64,000 bases of DNA from positions 1-64,000 of the forward strand of contig FLMG01002622.1 of the NCBI GenBank assembly GCA_900088475.1. The letters are read 5' to 3'. Shown here piece by piece: positions 58,654 through 64,000 of the stretch; positions within the stretch are counted from its first letter, which is position 1, and each line of letters starts with the position of its first letter. The notes beneath the pieces were generated by a model. It was not told the DNA's origin and did not search any database. It saw nothing but the letters and a program-made list of their open reading frames with translations. A program made the translations under genes and the position numbers. Source of the stretch: Hyphochytrium catenoides. Its lineage: Eukaryota > Protista > Hyphochytriomycota.

Positions 58654-59165
58654 GACAAACTGGCGACATAATTTTAGAGGAAGACCAGTACTATAAGCGG
58701 CCAGCGTTCTCTTGTCTCTCTCTACAAAGTGACTCAAGTAGGCGCAGGCGGGCGCCGCTAGAACCTTTGACGCGCCCAAGCGTTCTTCCACTTTTTCCTC
58801 TGGCCATCCCCACCACCGTTCGCTGAACGCACTGTCTCTAGAATGCCTCAGAGGACCAGCAAAGCGGGCGATTGCAGCTACGTTTGAAGGAAAACAGATC
58901 TGTTCTCTCATCCTATCCAAGCGCCGCGCCCTAACAAGCCAACTCGATCAATCAGTAGAGGAAGGACTAAGCCGCCACCCTTGCGAAGGAGGGCTAACTA
59001 CTATCAAGAAGAGAGACGCTTCTTCCTTGGTATGGACTGCTGTCAGACGGCAGGTGATGAGAGGACGGCGATTCATTAGCTTTCTAGGGCGTTTGGGACC
59101 GAGCCCAAGCACGTGGAAACCTGGGCGCTGTCGGGTGGTGGTGTCTGCTGGGTAAATTGTAAGGC

Positions 59166-59435
59166 CTACTGAGGCCTCTTGCCACTCTTCTCTTTGGTCT
59201 TGTTGCTCAAGTCCAGGGCACCAGAGCTGCGATGGCTTTGGAAAGTAGTAGAGAGCCAGGTAGGAAGCACCACTGCCTGCTTCTTCTTCGGCACCGATGG
59301 CGCCGCCGCCGTGCCGCGTTGATTTTTCTGCGCCTTTTCTTCTTGTGATTGCTTGGCCTTCACCATCTCTTCTTCCTCCTTCTTCAGTCGATCAGCCTGC
59401 AACTTAGCAAACAGATAGCTTGCACGAGTTCCCAT
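59166..59435 (-). CDS. Possible small basic/coiled-coil protein or isolated exon
   Basis: MGTRASYLFAKLQADRLKKEEEEMVKAK... has protein-like composition; no family recognised. Confidence 0.25.
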   Translation of the reverse strand: MGTRASYLFAKLQADRLKKEEEEMVKAKQSQEEKAQKNQRGTAAAPSVPKKKQAVVLPTWLSTTFQSHRSSGALDLSNKTKEKSGKRPQ

Positions 59436-60740
59436 CGTCCTTTCGTTTCCTTCCAAGAGAGAGAGAGAGAGAGAAAAGCTCTTGCTCTTTCTGTTGATGG
59501 GTCGTCCTAACCCTTAGTCACCTCGTTGAGTGCGCAGAGATTGGAAAAGTGATGAGCCGCTGCTGGAGCACTGAAGATCGTGTCTTCTTCGTGCGGTCAT
59601 GTCTCTCTCTCTCCCTTCCTTCGTCTTTCTCTCCGTCTTCTGTCCTTGAACCTTCTCCCTCTTTTTCTCCTTCGCTATCCTAGACATTGAAGTTTGGGTG
59701 CAGGTCTAAGTTGGCTCATCTTGGCCTACTCTTCTCTGGCTTGCCTTCTGTTTTTGGACCTTGTTGCCCGTCGTATACTACGGCTCTGTCTGGTGCCGTC
59801 AAGGCTCATGCTCTTCTTCTAACAAGGATGACGCGGTTCTTACCTTTGGAATGGAACTCGTGTTGCTTTAGAAGAAGAAAAAAGAAGAAGAAGATCTTGC
59901 TGCCGCCGCGCCATCAGTGAGTTTCCCACCCACGTGGCCCTTTCACCACCACCACGTCACAGCAGCACTGCCACTTAGAACTCTATCTTATTCACCTTCG
60001 TCGGCCTCCTGAACTCAAGCAGTAGAAGAATCCGTGCTGCCTTGTTCCTTGCTACCTTCTTCTTCTGCTGCTGTCGCTGCTTGCCTGCTGCCAGGTCGTT
60101 GCGCTCCACGCCCTTCTCTTCTTCTACTGCTGTCTCAGACAGCAGCTGCCCTAGAAGAAGAAGATTATTGTCAAGTCAGAGAGAGGAGCCAGTGCATTGG
60201 ACACCACGTCCCTCATCTCTTGAGAGAGAGAAGACAGGGAAGTTGCTTGTCCTCTTTCCTTTGGCCTGGTGCAGGCTTCATCAGTGTTGATCATTGTCTG
60301 AGGGAAGTGATGAGCCTCAAAGTATATAACTTAGAAAGGATCTCCATGTTGCGCAAAGAGCCCGTGCTCCCCTCGCTTTTTTGGCTGTCAGTGTCGCTTC
60401 TTATTCTTCCTGGCACGGCCTGCTGGAGGGACGGAAGAGACAGAGAGAAAGAGAAAGAGAGAGAGAGGGGGGCGATAGAGAGAAAGAGAGATTAGTGAGA
60501 GAGGAGAGAAAGAGAGAGAAGTGAGAGATGAGAGAAAGAGTAAAGAACAGAGAAAGAGAAAGAGTTAACGAAGAGAGAGAAAGTGCGAGAGGAGAGAACT
60601 TTTTTATAGGAAGCAGGTGTTGGGATCTTTATTAGTAGCTGAGCGTTTGGGCGGTCATCAGTCATCAGCAGAAAGAGAGAGACCGAGACCGAGACCGAGA
60701 GACCGAGAGAGAGAGACCGAGAGAGACCGAGAGACCGAGA

Positions 60741-60805
60741 NNNNNNNNNNNNNNNNNNNNNNNNNNNNNNNNNNNNNNNNNNNNNNNNNNNNNNNNNNNN
60801 NNNNN
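60741..60805. other. Assembly gap after a (GAGACC)n repeat
   Basis: Run of N preceded by GAGACC/GAGAGACC units (~60678-60740). Confidence 0.99.
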
Positions 60806-60910
60806 CTGGGTCATAATATTTAGTTAGTTATAATATATAGATAGACCATAGATCGGTTATGTAAATAGACCATGCTTGTCCTCCATTTCACCCGTTTATT
60901 GTCCAATCTA

Positions 60911-61273
60911 AAGGGTGGTGCCACTATTAGTTTGCCCTACTACAGTTATGCCCACCCAACCCTAACATAATGCTCTACGTGTGAGTTGGGTGGGAATCCA
61001 GTGTGCCTAACCCCTCGAGCTATGAAGAGTTGAAAGATCACACTACTGTATCCTGTGCTAATGTCCGCTTGCTAGTAGTAGTGAAGCTACTAATAATAAG
61101 GCTGAGTAAAGGGTTTGTGCCACTATTTTGCCCAACCTTCCTAAGCAAGAGCAAGTGGCGTCTGTTCCCACTACACCCCATGGACAAACCGTCTTGAGTT
61201 CTGCTAGCCATATAGTTCAGGGGCAACATATTTCAAGGGCATCTTCTCACTCCCAGCCGTCGAGGAGTTATGT
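60911..61273. mobile_element. Rearranged copy of the 40700-41020 MITE
   Basis: 60911-61066 matches 40700-40847 directly; 61109-61273 matches the reverse complement of 40861-41020; both halves start TA|AAGGG. Confidence 0.8.
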
Positions 61274-62214
61274 CTAAAACTGTTTTCTCCTCTCAAAAGA
61301 GCTGCTACTGTTTCGCCCATGAAGGACATGGCGGTAGGCACTTTTTTTATATAACTTTTCTTGAGAAACGAGCCACGAGGAGGCGGCAGCCCGAATGAAT
61401 GATGCTTGTCTCCCGATTGGCCCCTTCCACGTCTTTTCCTGCTGCTGCTTTCCACTTCTCTTCTCCGCTTTCTTCTTCTTCTTCCTCTCTTTCTTTTCCT
61501 CCTCCTTCTTCTTCTTCTCAACCTACGACCGCCCCGGGCTCCTGTTCCTCCTCCTGTTGATGATGTTTAAGAAGAGAATCAAGAATTTTTCCTCTTCTCT
61601 CGCATTATTCGTGGTGAGGAAGATGATCTCCCCGCGTCCTCCTCAGTGTCCCCGCTGCTCTCGCTTCCTGCCCAACATCCTCCTTCCCCGGCCGCCGCCG
61701 CCCTTCTTGGTGGTCGGGTGATGATGGAGCTGCTTTCTTCTTCCTCTTTTTCTCTTCTTTTCTGGCCTACCAACTAGTAGTTGTCGCTCTTCCTTGTTCT
61801 TCTTGTTCGTTGTACATTTTTCATACCTTCTTCTCTAAAACAGTAGTCTACTAGTCACTCCTTAATCATTGTTCTCAGCCACCAGCCACCAAAGAGATCA
61901 CTCAGAACCGTGTTCCGCTCTCTTTCTTCTTCAGGTGAGTCTTGTTGCTTCTTCGTCTCAGCATGAACACGGCTGGCCTCCTGGTCTTAGTGTGAGGAGC
62001 TTCTGGCCTTACACCCTGGTACTTCATTGGCAATTCATGATGAAGAGGAGCAGGATCCCTTTGTTCTTCTTCTTCTGACAGGAGAAGAGTGAAGATCGTG
62101 TTGGCTTGGTTCCTCTTCTTCTCGTCGTCGTCCTTCCTCTTCCTCCATTATTCTTCTGGGTGCGTGAGAAGAAGATGTAGTTTGTGAGACTGAGGCGGGT
62201 CTCAAGAGAGAGAG

Positions 62215-62605
62215 AGTGAGAGAAGAAGGTGCTCTGTCTGTTCCTTGGCTGGCCAGGCCTCAGTTCAGACAACAAGCGCCAGGCAGAGGAAGACTTCGCG
62301 AGAACACACTGAAGCAGCAAAGGGTCTTCTACTTCAGAAAGAAGTTTATTAACTGAAATATAGAGGGTAAGAGGGAGTCTCCCTTGCGAGAAGTAGTGTC
62401 AACAGGCTACTCTAATAACATGAATGAGAGAGAGGGAAGAAAGGGAAAAGGAAGAGAGCATCCTTCGTCAGAGCCACTCGTTGCCGACTCTAGTCGGGAC
62501 TACCTGCCTGAGAGTACTCTCAACAAAGAGGAGAGGCCACATCCCATACACCGGTCGATCCGTGTCCAGTGCGCAATTAGGTGGTTAGCAGCCGTCAGAG
62601 GAGAT
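62215..62605 (+). repeat. Dispersed diverged duplicate of ~46380-46805
   Basis: Same collinear blocks as listed for the 46380 copy. Confidence 0.8.
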
Positions 62606-64000
62606 ATACATATAAGATGGGCTGACAAAGAAAGAAGAGCAAAGAGGTCCTCCCAGGAAAGATGATTCCCCGCCACTGCCATTGGGTGATGGTGCACTGG
62701 CCCAAGGACGGGCACAAGGACTCTTCATCTCTTCTTGCCGCCTGACTCTTTCTGTAGGTAGCAGAAGAAGCATGCTTCCGCGCATGAGATGTGGTCTCAA
62801 CTGCTGTTGTTCATGGCATAATAATCTTCTATCGTCGTGTAAGGCAGAAAGAAGGGAGGGCTTTCTTCAGAGGTTCTCTTCTCCTCTGGATCACCCGTGT
62901 GATGTCCAACCATGGGGCGGTCTCTTCTCCCCTCATCTTTCTATTCTGCCATCATCTGCACTATTCCTCTTCACCAATTATTGGAGCACGACTACTAGGG
63001 AAGCAACAAAGGCAGAAGGAGGAAGAAAGATAAACAAGGCGCTTGCTGGCTGCTTGCAGAGACAAGACCACGAAGGAAGGGCTAAGTCACGACTGTTTGG
63101 TTGGAAATACGCATGTTAAAGTCCTTGACAGCTGCAGCGGTCAAGCAAGATGCATCAGAGCACTCTCCAGTCGCAGCGTTTTGAAGAAAGATGTTGAGAT
63201 AGTAGGGAAGAGGAAGCCTTTTCTTCCGCTTCTATCAGTAACATGAAGTTCATAGGTATGAGGGCAACAACAGCCAACAAAAGACAGGTCCTGAGAGAAG
63301 GGAACAGGCAGCAGAAGTAGAGCAGAGAAACCAAGCCACCAAAGGCCCTCGCTCGACTTCTCCCGAGGCCCGTTGTCATCATAGCCTTGACAGAGTAGGA
63401 GGAAAGACAGTGATAGGAGCTTTCTTAAAAGCGCTTCACCAAGAGAAAGAAAAAGCAGAAGAAGAAAGCGCGACCTACTCGTAAGTGGGCCACAAGAGGA
63501 GACAAGAAGAACAGGCCACGACAGTATAATCTCAAAGATACGGAAGAGTAGCAGCAGCACATCGGCGGTGCGGTGAGGAGAGAGAAAGTCATGAGGAGTC
63601 TCGGTCACCAACGACGCTAGCATCAGATACATCTTTCCTTCTCCCTCCTCCTAATCCCAGGACTTCAGCGTAGAACTGCTCGCTAGAGACGTAGTAGTTC
63701 CTCCATTTCTGGGTGTAATGGACTGAGCTCACGAAGCGCAAGAAGAAGCCAGAGTCTCTGGAGCTGCGAGAGACGGATCTGACAAGCCTGAGTCTTCATG
63801 TACAAAAGAAAATGTTGAGATCCTCCTCCATGTGCGCGGCAGCCCATCGCTTCGAGCGCAAAATGGTTCAGAGCTTGTCCGCAGGGATAATCGGTAGGCT
63901 TTCTAAGGCTCAAAGAAGAGTAAAAGGCTTGAGAGGGTACTGCCCGCTTGTTGCCAACGTAGGAGCTAGACCTCAAGGTCAAGGAAGGAAGAAGATAAAG

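Noticed and set aside
1-64000. Alternative genetic code suggested by many stop-interrupted ORFs
   Set aside because: Recognisable genes end at the expected places with TAG (TM9SF), TAA (ABCG) and TGA (J-protein), and their exons contain no internal stops.
61200-64000. Arg/Glu-rich and other minus-strand ORFs near the window end
   Set aside because: Mostly (CTT)n low complexity; a protein-like stretch at ~63590-63850 is interrupted by stops and unidentifiable.

Overview
Eukaryotic nuclear DNA, probably a microbial eukaryote (taxon cannot be determined). It uses the standard genetic code and GT-AG spliceosomal introns, has TTAGGG repeats, abundant (AG)n/(CT)n microsatellites and three assembly gaps. 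There are four zones. (1) 1-4.4 kb: a nest of decayed Ty1/copia sequence (RT/RNase H, polypurine tracts, several LTR types), including two copies of an LTR-like unit that carries a tRNA-derived Pol III promoter. (2) 4.5-29 kb: an intron-rich housekeeping block with a disrupted unknown ORF, a DNAJC8-like J-protein with a C-terminal C2H2 finger, TM9SF/EMP70 (15 exons), class I eIF4E and a Cys-rich ABCG half-transporter. (3) 32-52 kb: after a long (GCA)n tract, an intronless accessory block holding a tandem, same-strand array of five divergent 7-transmembrane protein paralogues with shared upstream motifs; one copy is frameshifted. This array is the best candidate for an undescribed system. (4) 53.8-58.2 kb: a very large, essentially intronless secreted glycosyltransferase (Cys-repeat N-terminus, GT71/MNN2 domain, degenerate CAP59-like domain), followed by MITE and duplicated fragments. 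All calls come from manual reading; no database searches were run.
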